Shown: piece after piece, positions 37,497 through 51,195 of the stretch
Layout of the letters: every line of letters starts with the position of its first letter
Position numbering within the stretch: position 1 is the first letter of the stretch
Translations under genes and position numbers: made by a program
The notes under the pieces: model-generated
The model's database searches: none
What the model was told of the DNA's origin: nothing
The model's input: the letters and a program-made list of their open reading frames with translations, nothing else
NCBI RefSeq assembly: GCF_964355755.1
Contig: NC_092675.1
Span: 6,505,812-6,569,811 of the forward strand
Reading direction: 5' to 3'
Source: Antedon mediterranea
Taxonomy: Eukaryota > Animalia > Echinodermata
Length of the DNA: 64,000 nt

Positions 37497-40400
37497 TTAT
37501 TCAATGTAGTTGAAGAATTGTGATAATTTTCGTTGATCTTCTGTTGAAAGTTGAATTCCCCTAAAAAACAAGATAAATACTAATAACTTATCCAATGCTA
37601 TTGGAAATTAAATTATGGTGGGTTGTATATATGAAAATTGTTATCATGGTGCACAGATCTGAAAATAGTTGAAAAGAAGGGGTCAGATATCTCGGAACTT
37701 AACTTTGTTTTAAGTCAGTGAGTTTGAGCCACTTTTCAATATAACCTAAGAAAATATATAAGGTATTAACAATTTTTTTTAAAAAATTGGTTGATAAATA
37801 AAGCCTCACCTCTTAACTGTATTGAAAATATTAATAAATGCCAGTCTAATTAGGGCAATTATTTCTGATTATAGTTTGCGATTGTCTAAATATGTTTATA
37901 CAACTTAATGTATTAATAAAAATAATTCTCTTACTTGAGATGCTGTCCGAATCTGGCCACAATACGATGGATTGCCGTCTTTAACGCCTCCATCACAGAA
38001 TTCTGTAACTTGTATACCGCCGTGTCTTGTTCTGATATTGTACTTTTAGTGTGTATGGAAGTTGGTCTTTGATTTAACTTGGTGTATTTACACAAAGCCT
38101 TTTAAAAATAAAAGCAAAATATGAACTGTTTTATCTGTAGTCTGTTGTTAGTGTAATTACAATTTTATCAAATCTACATGTCAATCGTTATTCATGATGA
38201 TACTGACGATGATGATAATATTATGATGATAATAATAATGATAATTATGATGATAATTATGATAATAATGATGATTATGATAATAATGTTGATGATGATT
38301 ATGATAATAATGTTGATGATAATGATAATAAGGATAATGATGATGATAATAATACTAATGATGATGATGATAATAATGATTATGTTAATAATATAATAAA
38401 CTAAGCATTAAAAATCAAGACTTTCAGAGGTTCCAACTTAGAAAAGTGAAATATTGGCAGACTTTATAAAAGCTTGGCAAAACCATATGGGGTGCTATAT
38501 TTATTAAGAAATATATCCAAACATAGAGGGTGCTATTTAAACAAATTTCTGGTATCCATAGTAAACAATGGGTATGCTAGGTGCTTTCCAATGTGTAGCA
38601 TATAAGCTGATGTATATTGTGTGTGTTTTGTAACTAAAGGTGGAAATGTGTCAGCAACTCACTATGTTGGTCAGTTGATCACTAAACAATAACTCAAATT
38701 TGAGCACACCACTGCAGCCATGTATATGGCCTTGTTTTAGTTAACCAAAAGGGGTCTAAGGTAATGGTATGTAAGCGATATAGCTTACATATCATCAACA
38801 CAACCTGAAGAATATAATACATAACTTTCATTTCCACAAAATGACGTAACATTGAAAATGTTCACCCATCCATGGCTACATTGAGTCAACATGGCATGGA
38901 TGCGAAACTCACCGAATGCAGACCAAACAAAGCAGATATTACGTCCGGTAACGACTGCTGGACAACACCGAATGTATCTTCATCATAAGATGCTACTACT
39001 AGATTTGATAATCCTGAAATAGAAATACAGTATTACATACAGGTTAAACACTTTTAATTCTTGTGGAATATCTTGATCCTAAATTAAATTTAGATTTTGC
39101 CCCCTGTCTACACTATCAAACTAGTTTGACAAAAAGGTGAGATGTGCCCAAATATGGTAGTGATATGCTTAAATATGGTAGTGATATGACATCATCATGA
39201 TTGTCCATATATGGAAACATCACATAAAGTTTGATAGTGTAGACAGAGCTTTAAATATGTGTATGTGAAAGCTATACCTTCTAAGGCCCATTGCTGAAGT
39301 TGGCTTTCACGAAATACCATTCCTTGATCAAAGTCTGGGAATGTGTTGGTTAAGTACACTACAATCTGAAGGTGTTTTAGGACCTCAATCCAATTTGTTG
39401 AAGCTGTTTCAAACCAATTTTTTACATCTGCAGAAGAAAAGATGTATACGTGTTACATACATGTGAGAGGGATATGGTGTAATGGTTAGAAGTACACTGG
39501 ACTAGCATGTGAGAGACATGGATTCAAGACCTGTCTGGGCCATATTGCTTGTGTCCTTAGAAAACGCATTACTCTCATTGTTTTGTCTTTTGGATGGGAT
39601 GTAAAGCTGTTGGTCCCATGTACATACAATGTACATATCCGCAATAAAAAACACTTGGTACCCTATTTGAGAGTGTTGATCATGGTAGGCTCTGCACTGT
39701 GTGGGTTGAGGGCCTAATCCGAATTTCTTCAGTTTCTAAATGTTGATGAATGTAGTTTATAGAAAATGTACATAGGTTGCTACACAAGTAGTAGAATACT
39801 ATACTTATACAATCGCCGTTTAACAAATTGTTATTGATGTTAAACAGGTGTTTCAAAGAATGTGTGTATGGAACGGTAAAGATGAAAAAAATCCCAAAGT
39901 GAAAAAAAAAGATTTAAAAAGAATCCTAATATAATGAGTAAACAAAAACAAACAACCCCAACAAATAATATTGGGTCAAGCTTAAAAATAATTGTATTTC
40001 TTACAAGATTTTGTAACCTGTACTACTTTCAGTTGACCATTCTGTCCGCGTCGTGGAGGGTGCAATGATTTCTGGGTAAATGATGAATATGGAGATTGTA
40101 CAATATCTGGTCCTAAGGATTGCACAGTGCGATAACGTGGTGTCTGTGGAGTACCTACAGAGAACAAATTATTTATTTGACTTAATACAAATAATGAACG
40201 TTTATGAGCGCAATATACAATTATAATTTCATGAGGTGAAAATAGTACATTTCATTAATGAAAATATTCATTCCATTTTATCCTAAAGCTTTTTAACTTA
40301 TGTGAAAACAAAATGTGATGTGCCCATATATAGACATGATGTTGTCACTACCATATTTAGGCACATCACACTTTTTTTTGTCAAACTAGTTTGATAGTGT

Positions 40401-43400
40401 AGACAGAGTTTTACAAATATAATTATGTCTTTCTCACTATATGAAGTAAAACAAATAATTTTGTAGGGATTCGAACACACACATCAATGGAATATATTTG
40501 CATTAGCGAATTGTAGTCAAATGTTGATTTGCCTTTACCTTGTGAAATATCTGTCTGTTTCGCTGAATTTATGCTCTCACCGTTAGACGCTCCTGTTATC
40601 ATCACCTTCTGATTATAAGCTGTTAGCTGATTGGTCAAGCAGTACACAGTTGATAGGCATTCAGCTGAAATACGGTTCCAGTTGTGACTGTGATGACCTT
40701 GAAAAAAAAAAGTTGAATTTAGAGTTATCTTTAATTTTATACCAAATATACTTGAAAAGGAGTGGGGGTGGGATATGGAATCTGACATTGATGGTGATTA
40801 TATGATAAAAAAACTGAAATAAAACATTCTTTTCAATGTAATTTGTAGAAGAAGCCTACTTTGGGACACACCTCCATTAATGGGACACTTTCCTGTGAAA
40901 CAAATGAGGGAAAATACATTTTAAACACTACAACCAACCTTTATTCAAGGTAAAATCGTAATAAGAGAACACTTTGTTGGGTCCCGAAGGTGTCCGCCCC
41001 TTAATAGAGGTTTTTACTGTTAATCTGCTCTTTAACAAGTCTTTTCAACAAATTCCAACTTAAAACGTTGTGGTAACACTTATTGAATCTAATTAAAGTA
41101 CATCTCACCTGGTTGGCTGAGTGAAAACACCTCAATACGCTTTTTTACATCATGCCTTGACAGGAGGCTAAGATCCAAGAACGCAAGGTGTCGTACTAAA
41201 GAGGGCGCTCGTGTAGACATTACGGAATGGAGGCATCTCTCCAACTGTTCAGCATATGGAGTGTCAATAAGGAAGGGATAAGACTAAATTGGAAAAGAAT
41301 GCAAGTATAAAAATACACAAAATATAAATATGATTTTAGCTAATAAATTCATCACCATTTATGTACAGTAAAAATTTAATAATAATAATAATCAAGGTTT
41401 ATTTATTTCAATTGTTCTTGCAGTTAAAAAAAACTGAATTACAACAATCGTGACAATTAAAAAAAGGAAAAATTGATATATTAGATATTTAAATTATCCA
41501 TATGGATAACCATTCTATAAGTTTCCCGAAACTATGAATGATCTTGACCTCTTGATCTCAGATATCATACAGAATGTAATTAAATAAAGTGCTTATTATA
41601 TTCTTACCTCTGAATTATATATCTTAAATAAATAAACACCAAGTTTCCAGACAAATGTGAAACCAGTAGCCACTAGCCAAAGTTTCCACAATAAAGAAAA
41701 TTGCACAAATCCATGTAAAGAATTAAGAGGTGTGTCCATGGTTCCATTAAGTTGTAAAGCGCTTAGGAGACATGACTTAACAAAACAACCTTAAAAATAA
41801 ATAGTAATTCAACATAAAATAAATAAACGTAATGGCTAAAGATACGGTACCATATCCATTCTTCTAAAACGTAAGGTAATGTAATTATAGAGGGCACTAT
41901 GTAAGATAGATGTTAATCAAATGGCAATGGTTTTCAGCAAGCCAGCTGTGTGGCTTAGTGGGCTTGTGATCAGGCTATGGCTTAAGGGCTTGTATGTTTG
42001 ATTTGTTACTTGAAATATTTTTTTTAGTTTTAATTTTAAGAGAGATTATTCAGAGGGTTAGGTTTTTAATATTTAGGAATGAGTTTTAATATTTAGAAAC
42101 AAGTTTTAATATTTAGGAATGAGTTTTATATTTAGGTACTAGTTGTAGGAATACAATTTGACCGTACCTTTAGCAAATGGCAGCGCCCTCTATAATTACT
42201 GTACCTTTAATTTTTAGAAATATGGATATATATTTAGCCACGGCGATAAATAATTAAAAGTCACATTCATATATAAATAATTGGATGAGGAAAACAATGA
42301 TTACCAAACAAAGAAATAAAAAAAAAAAATTCAAAATTAAAGATAACAAGGTGAACTTCAATTTAAGTAAACCATTAGAAGTGATTTATAAAGTGCCTAA
42401 TGTTGTGAAACTTCTAAGCACTGTACAAGACACTAAGATAGAAACAAAAATCAATTTCAAATGATCTCTTGTCCCCACTAAAGTGCAATTTCTCCCATTG
42501 TTTTGGATTATACTAAACAACTTTTATTATTACTTTTGTTTAAGCGTTACTGCTAGGCCATGAGTTGGCGTGCAATTACGCTTTGTGATATGTTTTAGAA
42601 TATATAATTATAATTTACCCGTGTGACACACAGCCATTGTCTTACAACAAATGAATGCACAATATTGCCAACATATGACACAAATAGTAATTAAAATATT
42701 ATTGGATATGTTCAAATGTGCAATTTGTACAAACAATTTTAATAGTGGCAAACCTGCTGAGACAATACAAACAAATCAGATCTGAGTCTCACCTAAGAAA
42801 AAGTATGATAAATAAAAGTAGAGAGTATGTTTCATCGACGCAATTCCACACTTGATCAAGTTAGGATAGATGAAGTCTCGAACTTTGCAAAACTTTCTCT
42901 GCTGTTTTAAGAAAATAAAAAAAATATATATTTTGGTGTGGCCTTAAATAAAAATTTTCAATAAATTCAATGCATTTATAACACAAACTCAAAAACAGTA
43001 GAACTCAAAGGATTCCAAACCCAAACCAAGTGTCCCTTAATGGGACATTTGTGATAAAACATACATAGCCCCTTGTGTGTTCACAGAAAAATGTCCCCTT
43101 AATGGGGTGTCTTGAAATAGGTGTTCTCTGGATTACATTTTTTAAAGATCCCAGACGGTCATTATCTAAGACAATAACAAATGCGTGAAAATATTAATTA
43201 AAAAATCTATCTTTATAGTATTAATACAGTCAACTCTCCCAATACCAGACACCTTTGGGGTGGCGTAATATGTCTGGTTTTCAGAATGATAAAATGAATT
43301 TGGGACCCATTTGAACCTCAAGAAAAGTCTGGTTTTGTTTTGAGTTTCCAGTTTCAGAGATTATTGGGAGAGTGGACTATAATAATATCATTAAAAAATG

Positions 43401-46400
43401 TCTGAAATACATAATATAATAACATCCTGGATTTATATAGCACCTAATTTTGTGAAACCTCTAAGCGCTGAACATTATTACCCTAGTAATTTTTTTTTAT
43501 CAAACAAGTATGGAAACATACTCCAATAATGCAGCTAGTAATCAGCGCAAATTTGTGTCTTGATCTAACCGGGTTCCCATTTATACACCTGAGTGGAGGC
43601 AAACGTAAATAAAGTATCTTGCCTAAGGATACAAGCAATGTGGCGAGAGTTGAATTTGAACCTTGATCTCACGATCAATAGTCGAACGTCACACGCCCGA
43701 ACACTGCGCCACATGCCCGAACACTGCGCCACACGCCCGAACACTGCGCCACACGCCTGAACATACCTGAACAGGACTGAAGTCCATAACATATTCATGC
43801 TGTAGAAAGAACTGTACAGCAAATATGAAACCCTATGAATATAAAAAAAAAAAAACGCAGTTAAAATCATATGTAACTATTATCACAAATCTAGTGGTAC
43901 TGTAAGTCAGCTCTACTAGTTTGGCCATAGAGTAGAACAGTTTAGCATTTAAATAATCTGAATAGAACAATTAAATAGAATATTGAATAACACGGCAAGT
44001 AATACAAAGTTAACCAATCAAATGGCAAGGATACACTTATGTGTAATAATAAATAAATGAAAGCACTAAGAAACTGAGCAAACTATTGCCATAGAGGGCG
44101 CATGTTGATATTTCGGCCCACTTTAAAAGAATACAAAATTTTCTTTTTTTATTTGTGAAGTTATTAATGAACCGATTTTCTTAAATTTCAATATAGGCAT
44201 GTTCTGTAAGTATACAGTCAACTCTCCCAATACCGGACTCTCTGAAAACCTGAAACTCTCCCAATACCAGACTTTTTTTGAGGACCAAAAGGTCCCAAAT
44301 TTATTTTTACCATTAAAAACACATTCCGAATACCAGACTTTCCGGAAAACCAGACTTATTTGGCCGGCCCAAAGGTGTCCGGTATTGGGAGAGTTGACTG
44401 TATACCTATTTACACCGAAATGCTCAGAATAATAATTTAAAAATTATAGACACTATCGTGCTAACAACCAAACAAAGCAAGTACTATATTTAGCAAAAAA
44501 ATATTTTGCCAAGTAAAAATAATATTTTGCCAAGTAATAATTATAAATCATACTTACAATAAAACCTGAATGAATGACAACTACGACATGCTTTTCATTT
44601 AAACATAGTCCTTGTATGTGAGCAGGGCAATTATCAATTAAGGTACTGTACTTTGTACCTAACTGGGCCGAAATAAACCAGGCTGTGAGAGCTGAGTAGA
44701 GTGTAATAGCACAAATCTGTAAAGCATGCATTGGCTCAATCAGGTCCAACAGAAATGATAATCGATTTCTTCTTATTACTGGTATGACTAAAAAGAAGCA
44801 TTATTAAAAAAAAAAAAATTGGAGAACATAGCGAATAGTTCACAGAGGGGCAGTAATTTATTTTTGAGGAATAACTTTGATAATTTGTTCTTATAATAGG
44901 GAGGGTTCGATTTGAGATGACTATGAAGTGCATGGGGAAGTTTGGCTTTATTCTTCCTCAATCCAAATCCAATCCAATCTTGACATTCCAAGGCGACGAC
45001 TAGCGACAAATCAATGCATAGGTTGTTCCGAATGTTGCTCCGTAATAACAATAATTTATGGAGTTTATTCCACAAAAAAAAATAAATAAAAATAGATAAA
45101 TTTAGGTATTTTATCAATATTATATATTGTGTGAGTAAAAGTTATAAGCTATTTGTGATCCAACAAAATATATTTTGATATAATTTATTAATTTACCTGT
45201 AATATGTCGGACATTAAGAAATGTCACAAACAAACATGACATTATAAGAATTGTCACCATTCCTATCATCTTGAAAGAAAATATGAAGAAAATCCACTCT
45301 GTCAAAAAATTAAAAAATATTTGAAGATTAAAAATAAAAATTGTATTGTAATATGTTATATTGTACATAAGCATAAATCAAACAAGAAATGGCTGTTGAA
45401 TGGGGTTTGACGATTGTGCAGTGGGGATAGTAAAGTTTTTCTATACCAAAATAAATTATGTCTTTAAATTATTACCTGAGAGCCATGTAATTGGATGTAA
45501 TGGGTCAAAAGCTAACAGAAGGCTGTAAACAGCAGCAAAGAATGGCAGCAGCATGGTCATCCAGGCAAAACTTGCACAACTCCTCCATAAATAATCCTGC
45601 AAGACAATATTTGATGGATGATAAGCTACAATTATAATATTGGTGGTACATTGATAAGATTCAGTCTAGGCTAGTAATACTCTCTAGTATTTGTCCCTTT
45701 GTATGTTGTGTGCTTCCTGATCTTGTTTAGAAATTAATTATAACATTGTTTATTTAATATAATTAAATAATATTAATAGATCTAGGCTTAACCTTCTAGT
45801 TTTTGTTGTTTGTTATTGTTTATTATATTAAAATGAAAAGTAAATTGAAAAACTGAAACTAAGCCTTAGGCTAGAATAGAGATAATATTATGCACTTGTC
45901 AATTGCATGACCCACAATACGAGAGGTGTGTCATTTGTCCGATGTGCGTCATACCTTATGAATACCACGATGCACCTGTGCGTAAAAAATGTGACCATTT
46001 TGACGCACTGTGACCATGTTTTTTATGATATTTTTAGTGGTAAAGTGACGGACATTGACACAACACAACATCGTTCATTGATGCAACGTACCTTCTAGGT
46101 TTTTTTACGCACCCCTGCGTCAGTAATTATTTGTAAATGATGCACCCATGACGCACCTCTCCCGGGGGTCGTATAGTAGGTCATACAATTGACAGGTGCA
46201 TTAACTAAATAATAAAATAGATACTATAGGCTAGTAATGTATTTATTTAGGCCTAGGCCTTTATATTTCATAATTTTTTTTTTTTCACTGCCTCATCATC
46301 ATTTATTTTTATTTCAACAATATTTTATGAGGGTGGTCCATCCAGCATCAGCTGATCATTAGGGACCCTCAAACAATACAAACAGTAAATACAAAATAAA

Positions 46401-49400
46401 CTATAAAAACACAAAATCAACAAAGAAATAAAAAATAAATATATATTACGTAGCCTGTCCGAGAAACGTGTCAGGTATCGTCACCCTTTATGACGTTATC
46501 CAAATTCCTTCACTTGCAATGAAGGGCTAGTGTTGCCCGAAAGCTCTGCTAACTTTTCTGGCTGTTTTACTTATCGTTTTGATTTAGCTTTTCGCTTTTT
46601 TTTTTGTATCTCCATTGAGATCCAGCCACTGATACCCACACAGCATTGTCATTTTTTCAGTAATTTGCCTTTGTATTTATATAAATATACAGTACCGTAG
46701 TAGGTCAACAAAGAAAGAAGGATTAAAAAGAAATAAAATCAGAGAGAGAGAAACAGGTGTTTATCATCATGTTTATGGCCAAAACAATTATGGAGCAATA
46801 ATCTTATGGCTAGGCCCCCTTTTATACTATGGACTTCCTTCAAGCGCAGTGCATTCCTGCCTGCGACACCCACTCAGCTCGGCAAGCAATCTTCATTAAC
46901 TGACCACCTAGGAGGCCTAGCTAGCTAGGCCTAGGCCTAGGCTGGCCCTAGGCCTGACTGGTGTACATCGTGTTCGGCCGCAAACGGTTTCGGCCGCAAT
47001 GTTTTGAATGCCCATATAAGGCGCTATGTATGGAGCGCCAACTATGCATCAACTTCCGTTTGTTCTGCTGGTCTTTTCATTGGGTTATTCCATTCTAAAA
47101 ATGTGGGTGCATTCTAACGTGATCGATCGAAATTGACCGACATAAAATGTACGGCGTATTATCATATTACTTTCTGTGATATAAGTATTATTTAGAATGC
47201 TGTGGTGTGGATATATTTGAACCTATTTTAAATGATTTAGATATACGTTTATTATTATAATAATAATCTTAAACGGGCAATAAACTTGTACTTGTGTCTT
47301 GTACATTTACTCTTGCAGGCCTAATGTGTTCTAATAAAAACAGAAATGACCATTAAATCAGTTAATAATACATTAAGTATTTTAAAACTCTGGTTATATA
47401 GGCCTATTGTATGTCTAATAATTATTGTATACTATCAACAATACTTAAATAAGCCCATGCCTTCATAAGAAAATAGGAGGAAATAACATTACAGTATTTC
47501 GAAATTCCTTTTTTAAAGCGATTTTTTGAAAAATTCATATTTAGTAAGGCTTGAATTATTTCAGGATTATACAGTTCCACAGTAAAACCTACCAACATTG
47601 GATTGCGAAAACTCTGAAAAGGCTACTACTGCTATTGTTTTAAAACAATGAGGGAGTGTCTTGAATTCCATCTTAGACAATGAAGGTGGTGTAGCATGGT
47701 TGTTTTTTATTAACATAACAATGAAATGTGTTACGTTTCGTGTCTTCAATTTGTTGAAGTGTTATTAACAGCAAAGTTAAATATAAAAATAATGGTGAAT
47801 TATTTTATGTTTTTAATAATTAGAGGGAAGCTAGCTTGCTTGTTGTATGTGATTAATGGAGATGTTAATATTAATGTTACATTTTATTATGTTATTTATC
47901 CAATATTTACTATTTTTATAAATTGTCACGATTGTTGTAATTCAGTTTGTTAACTGCAAGAACAATTTAAATAAATAAAAAACCTTGCTTATTATTGTTG
48001 TTGCGTCCGTTTTCACTTACATTTCTTTTCTTAACGTTATGTTAATATAATATGTTCATTATTGGTTTTATATTTATTTTACTCTGTACAGTATTTGTAA
48101 AAATAAATGTTATTAAGTTGTGGTATACATTACTGATTCTGATTTTCAAATGTACAAATTATATGTGGCAAACTTCACCGACATTGATATACAGTAACAA
48201 CAACGATACATGAAGAAAAACATAATTAAAAGTTAATAATATTTATTTTTAAAGTACACACACTCTTTTTCATTATAACTTATAGAAGTGCATATCCTTA
48301 AATTAATCTAATGACAGTACTGTATATAACTTGCATTCCTTTCAGTCATTTCATTTTCTTATGTCATTATTTATAATTCAATCTTTATACTGTATAAGAA
48401 AAAAGAAAGCATGATTTTATGTTCAATATCACAAAATACACATTAAATCTCATTTAATTTGATTTATAAATAACATTTTGTTGTACTTAGTTAATAATAA
48501 AACGTCAGATATTTATGACTGTATAATCTCACATAAAAAAAGTAGGGTAAGTGATCTAAGTATAACATCGAAACTTTGCTGTATAATGTCTAATTTCATA
48601 ACGTGATTCACTAGTTATTACAAAAATTAGTAAAAAGACTTAAAAAAGCCAGTTGTTTGTTTGATTTCATCGTAGTGTTACATGAAAAAGGAAATTTTGT
48701 AAATATATAATTTTGTGTGATGCATCGTTATTCATTTTGGTTTGATTTATTACAGTTAGGCCTCTAAAGTTAAAGTTTAAAAGTATAGTCACCTACAAAA
48801 AGCGCAAAGTTTGGCTAAACAATGACCATTATTTTTTAATAACGCTTTTAAGTTAGGCGTTTACCGTCACACAATACACACACACAAAATTCGGTACATT
48901 TAAGGATTCTTTTTTTGTAATCGGTAAAACAATAACCGGAGTGCGCGCATCTTTATAAGAGAACCTCATTTTAGAGAATATTACTTATTTCTGAATTGCC
49001 ACCCGATTCTGCTATAGTTTTACAGATAGCACCTGTGGACAGTAGCAGAATCGGGTGGAATTGCCATCTGAATTGTTAACTACACTTTTACTGATTATCT
49101 ACGAACCATGAACGATTGTATTGAATGTCGCGAACCCGTAACGGAACAGCAAGAAGGACCGTTTTGCGAAGAGTGTCAGAGATGGCAACATCGTCGGTGT
49201 GACTCAGGAGTGAAAAGAGGAGCAGCGTACAGGTTAGCCGTCGAAGAGGGTTTTATTGATTAGACATACAGTAGAGAATGTGCTCCAGAAAACAACGTCC
49301 AACCGGTGCCGCAACTGGAGATTTTTGCAGCCGACCTTGGCGACTTTTTGGAACCAATCGTTCATAGAAGAAGAGGTACTGAATCTTTACCCTGAACCAC

Positions 49401-50861
49401 AACCAATACCAGTGATGCCTGCTGTTGATGATGACATCGTTACTTATCGGCGATTAGCAGGAACAACAAAACGTGGGAATGTAAGTTCTTAAAATATTTA
49501 TAATCTATTCTTTGTAATTTTTTTTTTATTATCGCATTTCTTGTGAAAACCAACTTAACCTTCTGTTGTTTCAGGACTCGCTTGTAGACAGTCATGGGTA
49601 CCAATATACAGAGAAGATTGATAAAAGACGGGCAAATACAACATGGAGATGTTTTCTCAGAAACAAGAATGTGACGTGCAAAGCAACAGTGTTGGAGAAG
49701 AATGGAGTTGAAACATTGTGGGATGAGTACCGCGAGGGCCAACGTAGTGTACGTTCTCAAAATGCTTGCCGCGAGTAAACTTATTACTCGCGATGCGCTG
49801 CTCGCGTTGAATAGTGCTAATGTATGTATGTTAGTTAAAAAATTAGTAAAAACTCTTATGTTAGTAATAAACATTAAATATAATTTTAAACTATTTGCAA
49901 AATACGTTAGTTAAGAACTTTTGTAATATAACATGTTATTGCTAGAAATAAAGTCAATTTTAATGTATGTAAAGAAGTAAGATATTAGTAAAAATCGTAT
50001 GTTAGTAATAAACATTAAAAAAGATATTGTTTCATTGTTACATTTTAAAATATTTGCAAACTATATTACTTATTAGTTAAGTAGTTTTGTAATATAACAT
50101 GTTATTACTAGTAATAAAGTCAATTTATTTTATTTTTATTTTTTTATTTTATTCATTTCGGCAATAAACATAAAATAATAATTACAAAAAAAACATAAAA
50201 ATATATATATACAGTATATATGAAAAACAAGACACGAGGCCGAGGAAAGACAAAAGCATTAAACAAACGCTGTCACCGGTAAGGTGTGTCTCTCCAACAC
50301 ATAATTTTAATGCATGCTAGTGGTTATATATGAAAAAAACAATTATAAATATAAATGTTATATTATATGTTTATTTATAAAATATGGTAGCTAAGTTAAT
50401 TCGTTCGTAAATTCTCAAACTTATAACATGTCTAAATAAAAATACAGGAATTGATAATAAATGTGTTAAGATTGTATATAATAAAATAATTTTCATTTTT
50501 CTCTATCTGTGATGAATCTAACTGTATCTGAAAAGAAATCGTAATATATACAATACAAATGTAGAGAAAAATCGGTAAAGCAATGCACCCCTATTTTTTT
50601 AATGGAATAAGCCACGGACATCGCCAATCTAAACAATGCATTTAATATAAACAATGCAAGCAAGCCTGGCGTTCCATACTAAATACATGCGGCCGAACTC
50701 GTTGGCGGCCGAACACGACGGTATTCGGCCTGACTTGACTTATAGAGGCCTAGCCTAGGCATATAAACTATTCACCTACCGTACGTATTTCATATTTTTA
50801 AGGATTATTTTGTTCACAATGTTATTACCTCCTTCATAAACCAGTGCGTTGAAAAAGCCAT
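37497..50861 (-). CDS. NDC1: Nucleoporin NDC1 (TMEM48), 14 exons, ~601 aa
   Basis: Exons 50829-50861, 45476-45596, 45197-45298, 44558-44787, 43767-43832, 42793-42901, 41608-41789, 41109-41283, 40539-40697, 40005-40154, 39278-39427, 38913-39013, 37935-38098 and 37497-37560 splice in frame (1806 nt). Diagnostic motifs LHPITWLS, CLNE, EVFSLSQPGHHSHNW, WALEGLSNLVVASYDEDTFGVVQ, LKTAIHRI. Confidence 0.96.
38195..38395. repeat. (ATG/ATA)n microsatellite
   Basis: Run of GAT/AAT triplets in NDC1 intron 12. Confidence 0.95.
39102..39252. mobile_element. MITE, AAGCTCTGTCTACACTATCAAA family (partial copies also at ~40300-40410 and ~58498-58628)
   Basis: CTGTCTACACTATCAAAC…GTTTGATAGTGTAGACAGAGCTTT TIRs. 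Confidence 0.8.
39465..39735 (+). mobile_element. tRNA-derived SINE (same family as 62251-62400)
   Basis: A box TGGTGTAATGG, B-box-like GATTCAAGACC, core GTGTCCTTAG…TTACTCTCATTG…GGATGGGATGTAAA. Confidence 0.7.
41828..42243. mobile_element. TIR element with a degenerate internal tRNA-like segment
   Basis: TGGCTAAA…TAATTATAGAGGGCACT pairs with AGCGCCCTCTATAATTA…TTTAGCCA; internal TGGCTTAGTGG A-box and TTTAATATTTAGGAA repeats. Confidence 0.6.
43420..43760 (-). mobile_element. tRNA-derived SINE with conserved core and LINE-like tail
   Basis: Minus strand: B-box GGTTCAAATTC, core GTATCCTTAGGCAAGATACTTTA…CCACTCAGGTGTATAAATGGG, tail GCGCTTAGAG…GCTATATAAAT; 20-bp tandem repeat at the head. Confidence 0.75.
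44215..44400. mobile_element. Tc1/pogo-type MITE (other copies 43227-43379, 59237-59420)
   Basis: TA|CAGTCAACTCTCCCAATACCGGAC…GTCCGGTATTGGGAGAGTTGACTG|TA. Confidence 0.88.
45888..46203. mobile_element. MITE with ATGCACTTGTCAATTG TIRs (half copy at ~55480-55621)
   Basis: TATGCACTTGTCAATTGCATGACCCAC… pairs with …GGTCATACAATTGACAGGTGCAT. Confidence 0.75.
46505..46660 (+). mobile_element. Penelope-like pseudo-LTR fragment with a degenerate hammerhead (reverse copy at ~27566-27632)
   Basis: ATGAAGGGC-TAGTGTT-GCCCGAAAGCTC followed by TTTTCTGGCTGTTTTAC…GATTTAGCTTTT, shared with 27566-27632 on the opposite strand. Confidence 0.55.
46960..50726 (+). mobile_element. Mutator-like (MULE) element with an internally deleted PHD-FLYWCH transposase, in NDC1 intron 1
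   Basis: 9-bp TSD GGCCTGACT (46951-46959 and 50727-50735); G…C termini; TIR core CGTGTTCGGCCGC/GCGGCCGAACACG. Confidence 0.88.
49108..49778 (+). pseudogene. Remnant MULE transposase gene (PHD-like finger, FLYWCH finger, C-terminal tip)
   Basis: MNDCIECREPV…FCEECQRWQHRRC…, then a stop and frameshift; intron 49481-49574; …TTKRGN/DSLVDSHGYQY…TTWRC…CKATV, joined directly to LWDEYREGQRS. No DDE core is visible. Confidence 0.75.
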
Positions 50862-51195
50862 TATGATTTGCAGAAGAAATAAAATAAGAAAATCAGGAAA
50901 CAACTTGATTTACCCGCGTTCGGTTCAATTCTCCCATGCACAATGTTTTTGATTTTTTTTTCTGTCCATGTGCAGAACAGCGCCACCTCTCTCCATAAAC
51001 TTTTGACACAAAAAAAAACACCGCTCACACGTACAAAACACAACACACACTCTCACACATCCCACCCACCGCACGACGACACGGCGGACACCGGACGGTA
51101 ATAAAGGGAATATTTTCGTCAATTTACATTACTCTTATATATCGATATAGGGTAGATGTAACTGTGATGGTTTTTAAATAGTTAATGGTATTTAC
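50862..51195. promoter_or_regulatory. Putative bidirectional promoter between NDC1 and REXO2
   Basis: Divergent ATGs are separated by only 334 bp; the interval is locally CpG-richer and contains CGCCACCTCT and TTCCTGA motifs. Confidence 0.75.

Noticed and set aside
38178-38396. Met/Ile-rich 72-aa ORF
   Set aside because: Translation of an ATG/ATA microsatellite.
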